A stretch of DNA of 64,000 nt from Candidatus Aenigmatarchaeota archaeon (GTDB lineage Archaea > Aenigmatarchaeota > Aenigmatarchaeia > CG10238-14 > SpSt-28). Under the pieces are notes generated by a model, which was not told the origin of the DNA, did no database searches, and saw only the letters and a list, made by a program, of their open reading frames with translations. Below are positions 1 through 9,125 of this stretch, one piece after another. Positions within the stretch are counted from its first letter, which is position 1. Each line of letters opens with the position of its first letter. The position numbers were made by a program, and so were the translations under genes. Where the stretch lies: NCBI GenBank assembly GCA_032249395.1, contig JAVVFY010000002.1, forward strand, positions 45,421-109,420, written 5' to 3'.

Positions 1-860
1 TTCTCTCTTATGTATGAAAATATACCAAATCTGAGAAGCAAATAGAAAACTCCTTCTACCATTTTTCTGGATTTAGAAGCATACTCCAAAACATAAACTT
101 GTTTACCTCTACTTTTTTTCTTGTATAGCGAGCCATCTCCTATAAACAAACATCGAAGGAAAAGGGCAATTTTTTTGTTAGAAAGAGAAAAGATAAACGA
201 AGGTATAAACTTTTCTCCAGCTTTTTTGTTTTTTAATCCAAGCGATTCTAACCAGTTTAGCAGACTATTTCTCTCAAATATTAATCTAGATCCTTTAGAA
301 AATTTACCATTTGGTAATCGTCTAACATTATTCTCTTTAAGTTTTAGTTTAGTACCAACAACACGATATGTCGATGGATTACTCTTCATTCTCACTACTT
401 TGAGACTTTTGTCAAACTTTTTCACACATTCTATAAAATCGTTAACAACTTCTTTGCTAGAATTTGTAAACCACACAAATGTTTTCCCTATGGTTCCTTC
501 TGATAATATGTATCCTAACAATTTTATCTTTTCATCTTCGATGTTATCAGTTCCTTCTACCGGAAAATAAGATGCAACAGCTATAACATCACCTTCTTTA
601 ATATCTTCAGCTCTTTTCCAACCAAAAGGAGTTAAGATCGGGTGTTCTTTTGTGACTTTTATCTCTATTCCATTCCAAAGTTTCATTTTTATTATGCTAT
701 CTACTTCTCTCTCAAAAAAATCGATAGCTTTAGAGGGCTTTATTTTAAAGTTGTCTTGATTTAGTGAAAGCACTCTAGAAATTTCTCTTTTCTTAACTAA
801 TTCCTCGATAGGCAAAAGTCTTCCATCTCCAAGTTGCACTAGAGTATCTCCAGTTACACA
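1..860 (-). mobile_element. Intein with LAGLIDADG homing endonuclease (partial)
   Basis: Begins CVTGDTLV right after GSGK; block B VTKEHP; LAGLIDADG-like motifs LLGYILSEG and FLRCLFIGDG. Confidence 0.9.
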
Positions 861-1073
861 CTTTCCGCTACCCCTTTTTCCACAAATCAAAATAACGTGA
901 ATTTTCAAGAAATCTAGATAAACTTTTGTTGTTAAATGAGCATCTTCTCCTTTTCCAACAATGTGTTTACCAATATAACCAGCACCTATATTTCCAAACT
1001 TCTCCAAATCTTTTCTTTCTCTACCAACAACAGTTGGATAAGCTTTAACAATATCCTCATAAAATTCTTCCAT
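1..1073 (-). CDS. HerA/DUF87-like P-loop ATPase with intein, 5' part (runs off the left edge; absent from the ORF track)
   Basis: Manual translation from ATG at 1073: MEEFYEDIVKAYPTVVGRERKDLEKFG...YIGKHIVG...KVYLDFLKIHVILICGKRGSGK, then an intein. The frame is open to position 1. Confidence 0.75.
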   Translation of the reverse strand, partial: MEEFYEDIVKAYPTVVGRERKDLEKFGNIGAGYIGKHIVGKGEDAHLTTKVYLDFLKIHVILICGKRGSGKCVTGDTLVQLGDGRLLPIEELVKKREISRVLSLNQDNFKIKPSKAIDFFEREVDSIIKMKLWNGIEIKVTKEHPILTPFGWKRAEDIKEGDVIAVASYFPVEGTDNIEDEKIKLLGYILSEGTIGKTFVWFTNSSKEVVNDFIECVKKFDKSLKVVRMKSNPSTYRVVGTKLKLKENNVRRLPNGKFSKGSRLIFERNSLLNWLESLGLKNKKAGEKFIPSFIFSLSNKKIALFLRCLFIGDGSLYKKKSRGKQVYVLEYASKSRKMVEGVFYLLLRFGIFSYIRE

Positions 1074-1105
1074 AAAAATTATTTCTCTGATAAATTATTA
1101 TTGAT

Positions 1106-1192
1106 GGGGCCGTAGTCTAGCTTGGTCTAGGACGCCACCTTGGGGAATTATACAAAATGGTGGTAACCCGAGTTCAAATCTCGGCGGCCCCA
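1106..1192 (+). tRNA. tRNA-Pro(GGG) with 12-nt intron at 37/38 (1146-1157)
   Basis: Acceptor stem GGGGCCG/CGGCCCC; anticodon stem CCACC/GGTGG around TT-GGG-G[AATTATACAAAA]T; T-loop TTCAAAT. Confidence 0.88.
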
Positions 1193-1230
1193 AAATTGTT
1201 TTTTAATTATTCGAAACTATTAGTATTGAT

Positions 1231-2235
1231 ATGAAAATTGCTTTCTATGAGGTAAGAGAAGACGAAAAGGAGTATTTTAAAGATAAGTTGAAAAATTTTG
1301 AGCTATTATTCTTTTCCGATCCTATTAAAGAAGATAATGTTGTTTATGATGCTGATATCATATCTATTTTCGTAGATTCCAAAATAAACAAGAATTTATT
1401 AGATAAACTTAAGAACACCAAACTCATTTGCACGAGATCTACAGGTTATGATCACATAGACTTAGAAGAGTGTAAAAAAAGAGGAATAGTTGTATCAAAT
1501 GTTCCCAGCTATGGTATTGAAACTGTTGCCGAACACACATTTGCTCTCATCTTGGCTGCGTCTAGAAGGCTAATCGAAAGTTTTGAAAGAACTAGAAAAG
1601 GAGAATTCTCAAACAAAAATTTGACTGGGTTTGAACTAAGGGGAAAAACAATTGGAATAATAGGAGCTGGGAAAATAGGAAGGAGGGTTGCGGAAATAGC
1701 AAAAGCTTTTGGAATGAGAGTTTTAGCATATGATATTTTCCAGAACATAGATGAGGCAAAAAGAATTGGATATGAGTATGTTCCGCTAGATACTTTATTG
1801 AAAGAATCAGACATAATAACACTTCATGCCAATTTAACAAAAGAAAATTATCACATGATAAACAAAGACGCTTTTGAAAAAATGAAAGATGGTGTAGTAA
1901 TAGTTAACACTGCTAGGGGAGCAATAATAGATACTGAGGCTCTTATAAAATATTTGAAATCCGGAAAAGTTTCTTATGCGGCATTAGATGTTTTAGAGGC
2001 CGAGCCAGAAATAAAAGAAGAAATGCAAGTTTTTGAAAAAGAACAAGATATTATTCAAATAAAAAAATTACTTTTCAATCACATTCTATTCGAAATGGAA
2101 GACAGATTAGAGAGAGTAATAATAACTCCGCATAATGCTTTCAACAGCAAAGAAGCGCTTGAAGAAATAAAGAGAACGACAGTTGATAATATCATCTCAT
2201 TCATAAATGGCAAACCCATTAATGTTGTGGTGTGA
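1231..2235 (+). CDS. D-lactate / D-2-hydroxyacid dehydrogenase
   Basis: RSTGYDHID, GAGKIG Rossmann motif, NTARG, LDVLE and TPHNAF motifs. Confidence 0.92.
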   Translation: MKIAFYEVREDEKEYFKDKLKNFELLFFSDPIKEDNVVYDADIISIFVDSKINKNLLDKLKNTKLICTRSTGYDHIDLEECKKRGIVVSNVPSYGIETVAEHTFALILAASRRLIESFERTRKGEFSNKNLTGFELRGKTIGIIGAGKIGRRVAEIAKAFGMRVLAYDIFQNIDEAKRIGYEYVPLDTLLKESDIITLHANLTKENYHMINKDAFEKMKDGVVIVNTARGAIIDTEALIKYLKSGKVSYAALDVLEAEPEIKEEMQVFEKEQDIIQIKKLLFNHILFEMEDRLERVIITPHNAFNSKEALEEIKRTTVDNIISFINGKPINVVV

Positions 2236-2299
2236 TTCTTTAATAGATTAAATAGATTAAGCGGTCAAAAATGTTATTTTAAGCTGTTTAGATTATATT

Positions 2300-2872
2300 A
2301 TGGGCAACGAACTAGTAGAGAAAATTAGAAACATAGTTATAGATGTCTGCAAACAACTGGAAAGACTCGATGATTATAATTATCATATATCTGTTGTAGA
2401 AAATCTTGCTGTAGATCTTGGAAAAAGATTTGGTGCAGACGAAGAAATACTGAGGATTGCGGCTTTATTACATGAGATATGAAGAATTAAATTTGGTTCG
2501 GAGAGACATGAAGAAACAGGAGCAATAGAAGCTGAGAAGATTTTGAAAGAATTGAAGTTAGAAGAAAAGACGATAGAAAAGATTATAGAGTGTATAAAAG
2601 AGCATAGACATGAAAAACCAACAATTCCTGTTTCTTTAGAAGCCAAAATCTTGAAGATTGCAGATGCATACTCACATTTCAAAAAACCTTTGGAGATTGC
2701 TTATATGGCAGTTAAGATGGGTTTTGGATTAGAGGAAAGCTTATTGTGGATGAAGAATAAACTAGAAAAAGACTTGAAGTTTTTGAAGGAGATGAGCAAC
2801 GAATTAGATATAAAAGATGTTATAGAAGAATGTGAGAAGAAATATGAATGCTTCTCATGCTTATTAAGTTAG
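2300..2872 (+). pseudogene. HD-domain protein interrupted by in-frame TGA at 2480-2482
   Basis: ORFs 2300-2482 and 2543-2872 share a frame: ...AALLHEI*RIKFGSERHEETGAIEA...EHR...KIADAYSH. The stop falls where G of LHDIG is expected. Confidence 0.8.
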
Positions 2873-2962
2873 TTTCTTATGAATTTCTATAGAGGGGACG
2901 TAGTCTAACTTGGCTAGGACGCCGGCCTTGGGCGCCGGGAATCTGGGTTCAAATCCCAGCGT
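2757..2962 (+). repeat. Direct repeat copy 1 (~206 bp: 3' end of HD gene plus tRNA-Pro)
   Basis: Matches 5050-5255 (offset 2293) with no difference seen. Confidence 0.95.
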
Positions 2963-2967
2963 CCCCA
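2894..2967 (+). tRNA. tRNA-Pro(TGG)
   Basis: GGGGACG/CGTCCCC acceptor stem, CCGGC-CT-TGG-GC-GCCGG anticodon arm, TTCAAAT T-loop. Confidence 0.95.
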
Positions 2968-3014
2968 TTTCACAATTGATAAATATTTATAAAGTAAGGA
3001 AAACCGTAAAACAC

Positions 3015-3638
3015 ATGAAAGAAGATTCTATAAAAAAGTCGATGACAAAAGTTGTCCTTTATATTGTTCTAACAATAATTGTATTGGCTGTAGTTAAATG
3101 GGTTTTTAATGATGGTGTAAAAATTATAGCTAACTTGACACATTATAACGGGATTTATGGCCTAAAAGATTATGAGCTCTATACAAACTTGCTAGTAATT
3201 ATTGTATTTGGTTGGATGATAATTAACTCACTGGCTTCTAAATTTTAACTAATTTTTAATGAGAAATATGGTGAATATACGGCAGCTGCAATAAGAAGCC
3301 TTGTAAGAATTTTAGGAGTTGGTGGATTAATAGCTGGAATTGCAGGTTTAGTTGGTGGTGGAGTCGCCGCTGTTGCACTAGGTGGTTTTATAGGAATGGT
3401 AATAGGTTTTGCTACTCAACAAGTTTTGGGTCAAGCAATAGCTGGTTTGTTTATAATGATTACAAGACCATTTAAAATTAATGACGTCGTAGATGTGGCT
3501 GGAGAAAGTGAAGTTGTGGTCAAGGATATAACATCATTGTTTACTGTAGTAGAGAGAAAATATGGATTGATAGATTTAGTACCAAGTTCTATGATTATTA
3601 GTCAAAAAATTGTATTCAGAAATACATCTGGTAAATAA
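3015..3638 (+). pseudogene. mscS: Small mechanosensitive channel MscS, interrupted by in-frame TAA at 3246-3248
   Basis: Both halves are in one frame: ...LASKF*LIFNEKYGEYTAAAIRSLVRILG...GFATQQVLGQAIAGLFIMITRPFKINDVV (MscS signature). Confidence 0.8.
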
Positions 3639-3652
3639 AAAATACAATGATA

Positions 3653-4441
3653 TTACTCGTATTTTTTAAAAACAACTTCTTTACCATTTTCTATTAATCT
3701 GGCCTCTATTTCCACCATATCATCTATACCAGAGGTTTTTATTTTACTTTTTAGCAACTCATCAACCTGAAATATCCCTGCAGGATTTGACATTACTATA
3801 ACTATCTTTATTGGTTTTTTATTTCCCTCTAGAATCTCTACCTTTTCTATTGCTAAGGCAGATACAGAGTGTATGTCGATTTTCCCTAATTTGAATGGTA
3901 TTCTTGCTCTACCCTTTTCCATATCTAAAGCATCTGCAATTTTAACTATTCCAGCTTCAATAGTAAATGGTTCTATATCTGCTTCATGAGAAAAAATAGC
4001 ATGTAAAACTTCAAACTTTATTATATCTTTTTTTTCATCATCGTAAACTCCAGAAAGAAGCTCATCTAATATCTTATCTGCAATAACTATAGAAAAGAAT
4101 GGATGATATTTCCTATGAACAACATGACCAATATCATGCAACAATGAAGCTAAAGTTACGACGACTTCTGCGTCATCTATTCCCATATTATAGTTCTTAA
4201 CAATGCTTGGAGTTATTCCCTTTTTTACCAATATTCTAAGTATTGTTAACGCATGATTGGCAACTATCTTCACATGGACTGGTCCATGATCATTATAACC
4301 AAGTCTATCTATTGCGTTTATATTAGAAGATTTAAGTAGAGTCAATAATCTTGTATTTTTGTTTATATTAGAAACTAGCTTAAGCAATTTTTCATTTCCA
4401 TTATATGTAACCCCAAAAAAATTCCCAGATTTGTTTTCCAT
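3653..4441 (-). CDS. HD-superfamily phosphohydrolase (archaeal MJ1020-like)
   Basis: YNDHGPVH, LLHDIGH, IADALDM motifs; GAGGTG RBS upstream. Confidence 0.85.
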   Translation of the reverse strand: MENKSGNFFGVTYNGNEKLLKLVSNINKNTRLLTLLKSSNINAIDRLGYNDHGPVHVKIVANHALTILRILVKKGITPSIVKNYNMGIDDAEVVVTLASLLHDIGHVVHRKYHPFFSIVIADKILDELLSGVYDDEKKDIIKFEVLHAIFSHEADIEPFTIEAGIVKIADALDMEKGRARIPFKLGKIDIHSVSALAIEKVEILEGNKKPIKIVIVMSNPAGIFQVDELLKSKIKTSGIDDMVEIEARLIENGKEVVFKKYE

Positions 4442-4501
4442 TTTCCATCACCTCTTTTAAGAGTTTATTTTAAGCTGAAAATTTAAATATTTTAAAAGTT
4501 C

Positions 4502-5047
4502 TTAGCTGCTGGAATAGTAATATATCCTTAATATGTTGTTGCTGAACAAAACATTACCTTCACTTATTAGAGAGACTGAAACATTGTTATTTGGATATAA
4601 TAAAAGTGGATTACCTGCTAAGTCTCTGGTTATGTTAATGTGAAAAGTTCTAAACATAGGTTTACCAATGAACACTATTTGGTTGTTAAACTTGATCCGG
4701 ATTGATGGAAGTTGTTGAGAATCCGACACTAAGATAGAAGAAAATCCTAATGCATAGAAATTATCGATCTCCCATCTAGAAAGCGGAACCTCAAATATAT
4801 ATGGATAGGACTTATACTTAACTTTAACTTCTGCTCTCACTACATGGTATGACGTTTTAAATAAAATTCCAAAACCCTCATTCTCTGCCTCAAGTCTAAC
4901 AAAGTTAATTTCTTTTAAATAGCTCAAATTCAAAGATATTTCCTCAAAGTATCCGCCACTTTCAATCTTATTTCTATAAATAACATTGCCGTTAAGTTTG
5001 ACCACAAAATATCCAGGTCCGCCTACTTCATCTAAAATTAAATTCAA
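4502..5047 (-). pseudogene. 5'-truncated paralogue of the surface protein at 6878-7978
   Basis: Aligns with the C-terminal half of 6878-7978 (VVK.NGNVI, NEGF, KYKS.P..FEVPLS..EIDNFYAL.FSS, NIT.DL.GN.LLL). Lacks the N-terminal anchor and is cut at the repeat junction near 5050. Confidence 0.75.
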
Positions 5048-5049
5048 TT

Positions 5050-5255
5050 ATAAACTAGAAAAAGACTTGAAGTTTTTGAAGGAGATGAGCAACGAATTAG
5101 ATATAAAAGATGTTATAGAAGAATGTGAGAAGAAATATGAATGCTTCTCATGCTTATTAAGTTAGTTTCTTATGAATTTCTATAGAGGGGACGTAGTCTA
5201 ACTTGGCTAGGACGCCGGCCTTGGGCGCCGGGAATCTGGGTTCAAATCCCAGCGT
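5050..5255 (+). repeat. Direct repeat copy 2 (~206 bp)
   Basis: Matches 2757-2962. Confidence 0.95.
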
Positions 5256-5260
5256 TTCCA
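5187..5260 (+). tRNA. Second tRNA-Pro(TGG) copy with two G-U pairs in the acceptor stem (possibly pseudo)
   Basis: Identical to 2894-2967 except the 3' acceptor strand is CGTTTCC instead of CGTCCCC. Confidence 0.75.
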
Positions 5261-5296
5261 CTTGAATTAATTAAGTTTAATATTCAGAATATCTAT

Positions 5297-6175
5297 ATGG
5301 ATACGCTAGTAATTAGTGGTATAAACTCTATAAATCTTGCAAAAAGGATTGGAAGAAGAATAAAAGCGAAATTTATAAGTTTAGAATATAAGAAGTTTCC
5401 AGATGGTGAACTATACCTTAGATTGAAAAGCAAAATAAATAAAGGAAACGTAATTTTAGTGGAAACTCTTTACCCTCAAAACGATTCTATAATAGAGCTT
5501 CTTTTTTTGCTTGATCTAATTAACGAGTTTAAACCAAAGAGTGTTACTCTTGTTTTACCATATTTCGCATACGCCAGACAACACAAAAGATACAGAAATT
5601 TTGAAGCAATTTCTGCAAAAACTCTTGCTAAACTAATCCAGAGCTTTGGAATCAATAAAATAATAGCAGTTAATCTACATTCCGAAGAAGTAATAAAATT
5701 TTTTGATATACCTGTTGTAAATTTAGCTGCAGAGAAATTAATAGCTGAATATTTCTTAAGTAAAAACCTAAAAAATCCTTTTGTTTTAATTCCAGACCAA
5801 GAGAGAGAAGAAATGGCAAAGAACGCAGCAGAAATTTTAAAATGCGAATATTCTTTTCTAAAAAAATATAGAAGCAGAGTTACTGGAGAAATAAAAACTG
5901 AAATTTTTAAAGATTTTGATTTGAAAGGCAAAGATGTCATTATTCTAGATGACATAATAAGCAGTGGAAAAACAATGTTAAATGCAATTAAGATAGTTAA
6001 AAAGAAAAAAGCTAGGAAAATATTTGTTTCATGTGTTCATTACATCCCTTCGAGTATATACAAGAAATTTTTAAAACTCGGCGTTAAAGAAGTTGTAGCT
6101 ACAAACACAATTCCTTCGGAAATAAGCAAAATAGATATCTCTCCATTAATTTCAAAAGAGATTGAAAATTTATAA
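5297..6175 (+). CDS. prs: Ribose-phosphate pyrophosphokinase
   Basis: KFPDGE, PYFAYARQ, LHS, ILDDIISSGKT PRT motif. Confidence 0.93.
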   Translation: MDTLVISGINSINLAKRIGRRIKAKFISLEYKKFPDGELYLRLKSKINKGNVILVETLYPQNDSIIELLFLLDLINEFKPKSVTLVLPYFAYARQHKRYRNFEAISAKTLAKLIQSFGINKIIAVNLHSEEVIKFFDIPVVNLAAEKLIAEYFLSKNLKNPFVLIPDQEREEMAKNAAEILKCEYSFLKKYRSRVTGEIKTEIFKDFDLKGKDVIILDDIISSGKTMLNAIKIVKKKKARKIFVSCVHYIPSSIYKKFLKLGVKEVVATNTIPSEISKIDISPLISKEIENL

Positions 6176-6198
6176 AATAGAAGAATTAAATTAGAGTA

Positions 6199-6876
6199 AT
6201 GGAAATAGTTAAAGAAATTATAGAAAATCCAACGAAAATTGCAAACTACATTGAACATACTAACGTTAAAGTTGAATCCACAAAGAAAGATATTGAAAAT
6301 TTGTGTAAAGAGGTTTTAAAGTATAATTTTTATGGTGCTGTTGTTCTTCCTTACCATGTAAAGCTAGCAAGAAAAATTTTGAAGAATAAAGCTAAAGTTA
6401 TAACTGTTATTGGATTTCCCTACGGTATACAAAGCACAAGAGCTAAGGTTGCCGAAGTAGAAGATGTTTTTGAATATGTAGATGAGTTTGATATGGTATT
6501 TAATAGAAACGCATTTCTCAACAAAGATTATAAATTAGTTGTAAAGGATATTAAATCTGTAGTAAATGCAGCAAAACCAAAAGTAGTAAAAGTAATAATA
6601 GAAACTCCATCTCTAACAAAAGAGCAAATAAAAATTGCTTCTAAGCTTGTGATTAGAGGTAATGCTCACTTTGTTAAAACTGCAGTAGGATATAGCGGAG
6701 CAGCTAAAGTCGAAGACGTTAAAATCATAAAAAGAGTAGTGGGTGACAAAATAAAAATTAAAGCGTCTGGGGGGATAAAGGATTTTAATCAGGCACTAGA
6801 AATGATAAAAGCTGGTGCCGATAGAATAGGAAGTTCTCACGGAGTTGATATTATAAAAACTTCACAAAAGATCTAA
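6199..6876 (+). CDS. deoC: Deoxyribose-phosphate aldolase
   Basis: VIGFPYG, DEFDMV, KVIIET, FVKT, IKASGGI, RIGSS motifs. Confidence 0.95.
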   Translation: MEIVKEIIENPTKIANYIEHTNVKVESTKKDIENLCKEVLKYNFYGAVVLPYHVKLARKILKNKAKVITVIGFPYGIQSTRAKVAEVEDVFEYVDEFDMVFNRNAFLNKDYKLVVKDIKSVVNAAKPKVVKVIIETPSLTKEQIKIASKLVIRGNAHFVKTAVGYSGAAKVEDVKIIKRVVGDKIKIKASGGIKDFNQALEMIKAGADRIGSSHGVDIIKTSQKI

Positions 6877-6877
6877 G

Positions 6878-7978
6878 TTAAGTGGAATATGAGTATATTT
6901 TAACTATATTGTTGCTAAAATAGATTTCTCCTTCTGTAAGCAAAGAAATTGAAACTTTGTTTGAAGGAGATAATAAAAGATTGTTACCCATTAAATCTTT
7001 AGTTATATTCAATCTAAAAGCAGTAATTGGAAGTTTTCCTATAAACACTTTTTGATTATTGACTTTGATTTCAACTGAGGGATAACCTTGTTGTACCAAT
7101 GTAGAAGAAAACTCCAAAGCATAGAAATTATCTATTTCGCTTTGAGACAAAGGAACTTCAAAGGAAAAAGGCATAGATTTATACTTAACTATAACTCTAG
7201 CATCAAAAATATTGTAAGATGTTTTAGATAAAACTCTGAATCCTTCATTTTTTACTTCAATATTTATAAAATTCATTTCTTTTATCTCGCTCACATTTAT
7301 AGGTATCTCTTCAAATCCTTGAGTAGCTTTTTTCATAAATATAACATTTCCATTGAATTTGACTACTAAAAGACCGGAACCTTTAACATCTGCTATGGCT
7401 ATTTTAATTTTAGCTTCCTCGATCTCCATTCTTTCTGGCTTTAAAATAAGCGTTGCCGACTTCGAGGAGAATAAGGACCTTTCAACTATAAAATCAGACT
7501 TACTATCTACTATTTTCTCATTTCCAAAATTAGAAACTTTAAAATCTTCTATAGAAAATGAGCGAGAGGTTAAAGTTAAAGTTGGTGCAACGTATACTTT
7601 AACATAAATTGCGTCTTCTCCACCTTTACCTCTAGCTATTATATAACCTGAATACGTACCATAACCAGTTGGAGAATTTAGAATTGCTTTTATTTCTTTT
7701 TCTCCTATAACATTAAAGTTGTTCTCGCTAAACGAGATTATTTGTGAAAGAGTTTCGTTAGCGATCAGATTTACGTTTGTCAGGTTTCCTATGACTTTAA
7801 ACGTTATTGTTTTTTGAGAGTTTGGTAGCATTCTTATTGAAATGCTTCTTGGTTCCAAAGAAGGAGGCAATTCTTGAGGAGTCGCCCAAAAAATAAGCAT
7901 AATTCCTATGAAGACTAACGCACCTAATAAAATGAAGACAAACTCATCTATTATCATTTGTTTTGCCTGAGATTTCAT
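6878..7978 (-). CDS. Membrane-anchored, beta-rich surface protein (possible class III signal peptide)
   Basis: N-terminus MKSQ... followed by one hydrophobic helix; beta-rich ectodomain with N-x-S/T sequons. Confidence 0.6.
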   Translation of the reverse strand: MKSQAKQMIIDEFVFILLGALVFIGIMLIFWATPQELPPSLEPRSISIRMLPNSQKTITFKVIGNLTNVNLIANETLSQIISFSENNFNVIGEKEIKAILNSPTGYGTYSGYIIARGKGGEDAIYVKVYVAPTLTLTSRSFSIEDFKVSNFGNEKIVDSKSDFIVERSLFSSKSATLILKPERMEIEEAKIKIAIADVKGSGLLVVKFNGNVIFMKKATQGFEEIPINVSEIKEMNFINIEVKNEGFRVLSKTSYNIFDARVIVKYKSMPFSFEVPLSQSEIDNFYALEFSSTLVQQGYPSVEIKVNNQKVFIGKLPITAFRLNITKDLMGNNLLLSPSNKVSISLLTEGEIYFSNNIVKIYSYST

Positions 7979-8011
7979 AAATTATGTTGAAAATAAGAAA
8001 TAAAAATGAAA

Positions 8012-8200
8012 TTAGCCATTAATCTTCTTCAATCTAGTTATATAACCGGCAACAACGTTTCTAAGTTTTTTGGAAGGAATGTCTACATATTTTTTAACAA
8101 TTTCCTTATTTTTCTCAAAATCTGTAGTAAACTCATCCTTATGTTCTCTATAGAGTTTCTCTCCAATGTTCTTTATCATTGTTGTTTTTATCCTTCCCAC
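8012..8200 (-). CDS. rps17e: 30S ribosomal protein eS17
   Basis: MGRIKT...FTTDFEKNK...SKKLRNVVAGYIT. Confidence 0.97.
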   Translation of the reverse strand: MGRIKTTMIKNIGEKLYREHKDEFTTDFEKNKEIVKKYVDIPSKKLRNVVAGYITRLKKING

Positions 8201-8208
8201 TATATCAC

Positions 8209-8769
8209 CTATGGTTTCAATCTTTTTATTTCATAATATGTGACATCATTTTCCTTATCTACTACAGCCCAAACAAAAGTAGCCCTTATGTTATGAGCTA
8301 ATCTTACTGCTCTTGACATTTCTGGTAAAGAGAATGCTGCTTCTTCTGGAACAGCATGAACAATAAACTTAGTATGCTCAAAAGGCGCCTTAGGTCCTCT
8401 TTTTATCTTTACCCCTTTCTCATAAACTCTGAAATGGGCACCAAATTTATAGCCAGTTTTAACCAAATATCCTTTATTTCTTAAATCTGAGTAGACAACA
8501 TACTGAGCATGGAACTGATTTAATCTACTTTCTCCTACTTTCATCATCTCTCTCAAATCTAGCATTCTTTTTTTATTGTTTTCCGTTACATAAATTTTTA
8601 ACTTTCCTTTCTCGAGCAAATAAGTAGCTTCTATTAAATCTAACTCCAATCTTTCTGGAGCTTCTAGCGGCATTGGTTTTCCATAGCCGTGCTCATAGTA
8701 TAAATTCGCCGCTTCCTTATCCCATATTATGACTCTTTCTTCTATCAATTCTCCTTCGAAAGCTTTCAT
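8209..8769 (-). CDS. endA: tRNA-intron endonuclease (single alpha-type subunit)
   Basis: LELDLIEATYL, VYSDLRNKGYLVKTGYKFGAHFRVY, RLAHNIR. Start moved to ATG 8769 because the longer ORF overlaps tRNA-Arg. Confidence 0.92.
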   Translation of the reverse strand: MKAFEGELIEERVIIWDKEAANLYYEHGYGKPMPLEAPERLELDLIEATYLLEKGKLKIYVTENNKKRMLDLREMMKVGESRLNQFHAQYVVYSDLRNKGYLVKTGYKFGAHFRVYEKGVKIKRGPKAPFEHTKFIVHAVPEEAAFSLPEMSRAVRLAHNIRATFVWAVVDKENDVTYYEIKRLKP

Positions 8770-8810
8770 AATAATATTTAGATCTTGCTTGTTATAGATT
8801 TTAACATAAT

Positions 8811-8896
8811 TGCCCCCGCCGGGATTTGAACCCGGGCCACCGGCTTTTCGCAGAAAACCGCAAGCCGGGGTTCTATCCAATCTAAACTACGGGGGC
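8811..8896 (-). tRNA. tRNA-Arg(GCG) with 12-nt intron at 37/38 (8846-8857)
   Basis: Reverse complement: GCCCCCG...CCGGC-TT-GCG-G[TTTTCTGCGAAA]A-GCCGG...TTCAAAT...CGGGGGC-A. Confidence 0.92.
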
Positions 8897-8935
8897 GTAA
8901 TACAATTATTTAAAAAACGAAACGAATAAAGAAAG

Positions 8936-9094
8936 ATGAGATGCACAAGCTGCAACATAGAAGTTAAGTCAAAAGAGAATTTTGTTATATTTGATTGTCC
9001 AAAATGTGGTAAGGTTAAAATAGTTAGATGTAACTCTTGTAAATCTTTAGGAAGAAAATATAGTTGTAACGAATGTGGTTTTGTTGGACCATAA
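8936..9094 (+). CDS. Small Zn-ribbon protein (HVO_2753/DUF1610 family), below the ORF-track cutoff
   Basis: MRCTSC...FDCPKCG...RCNSC...YSCNECGFVGP; typical position upstream of EF-1beta. Confidence 0.9.
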   Translation: MRCTSCNIEVKSKENFVIFDCPKCGKVKIVRCNSCKSLGRKYSCNECGFVGP

Positions 9095-9125
9095 TAGTTT
9101 TATATAAATTTTCCATATCTTTAGA

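Noticed and set aside
121..570. Plus-strand 149-aa ORF and many similar antisense ORFs in the track (e.g. 5476-5955, 22776-23333, 38459-38971, 50556-51056)
   Set aside because: Shadow frames opposite well-supported genes, with no recognisable motifs.
2480..2482. TGA read as Gly (alternative genetic code)
   Set aside because: TGA ends many intact genes here (e.g. 2233-2235, 9378-9380), and the neighbouring lesion is TAA. Simple nonsense mutation is more parsimonious.
2910..3014. N-terminal extensions of ORFs 2910-3248 and 8209-8880
   Set aside because: They overlap tRNA genes; the true starts are more likely 3015 and 8769.
2963..5049. Integrase-mobilised element or provirus between the tRNA-Pro repeats
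   Set aside because: No integrase, transposase or viral gene, and the repeat geometry does not fit a usual att duplication.
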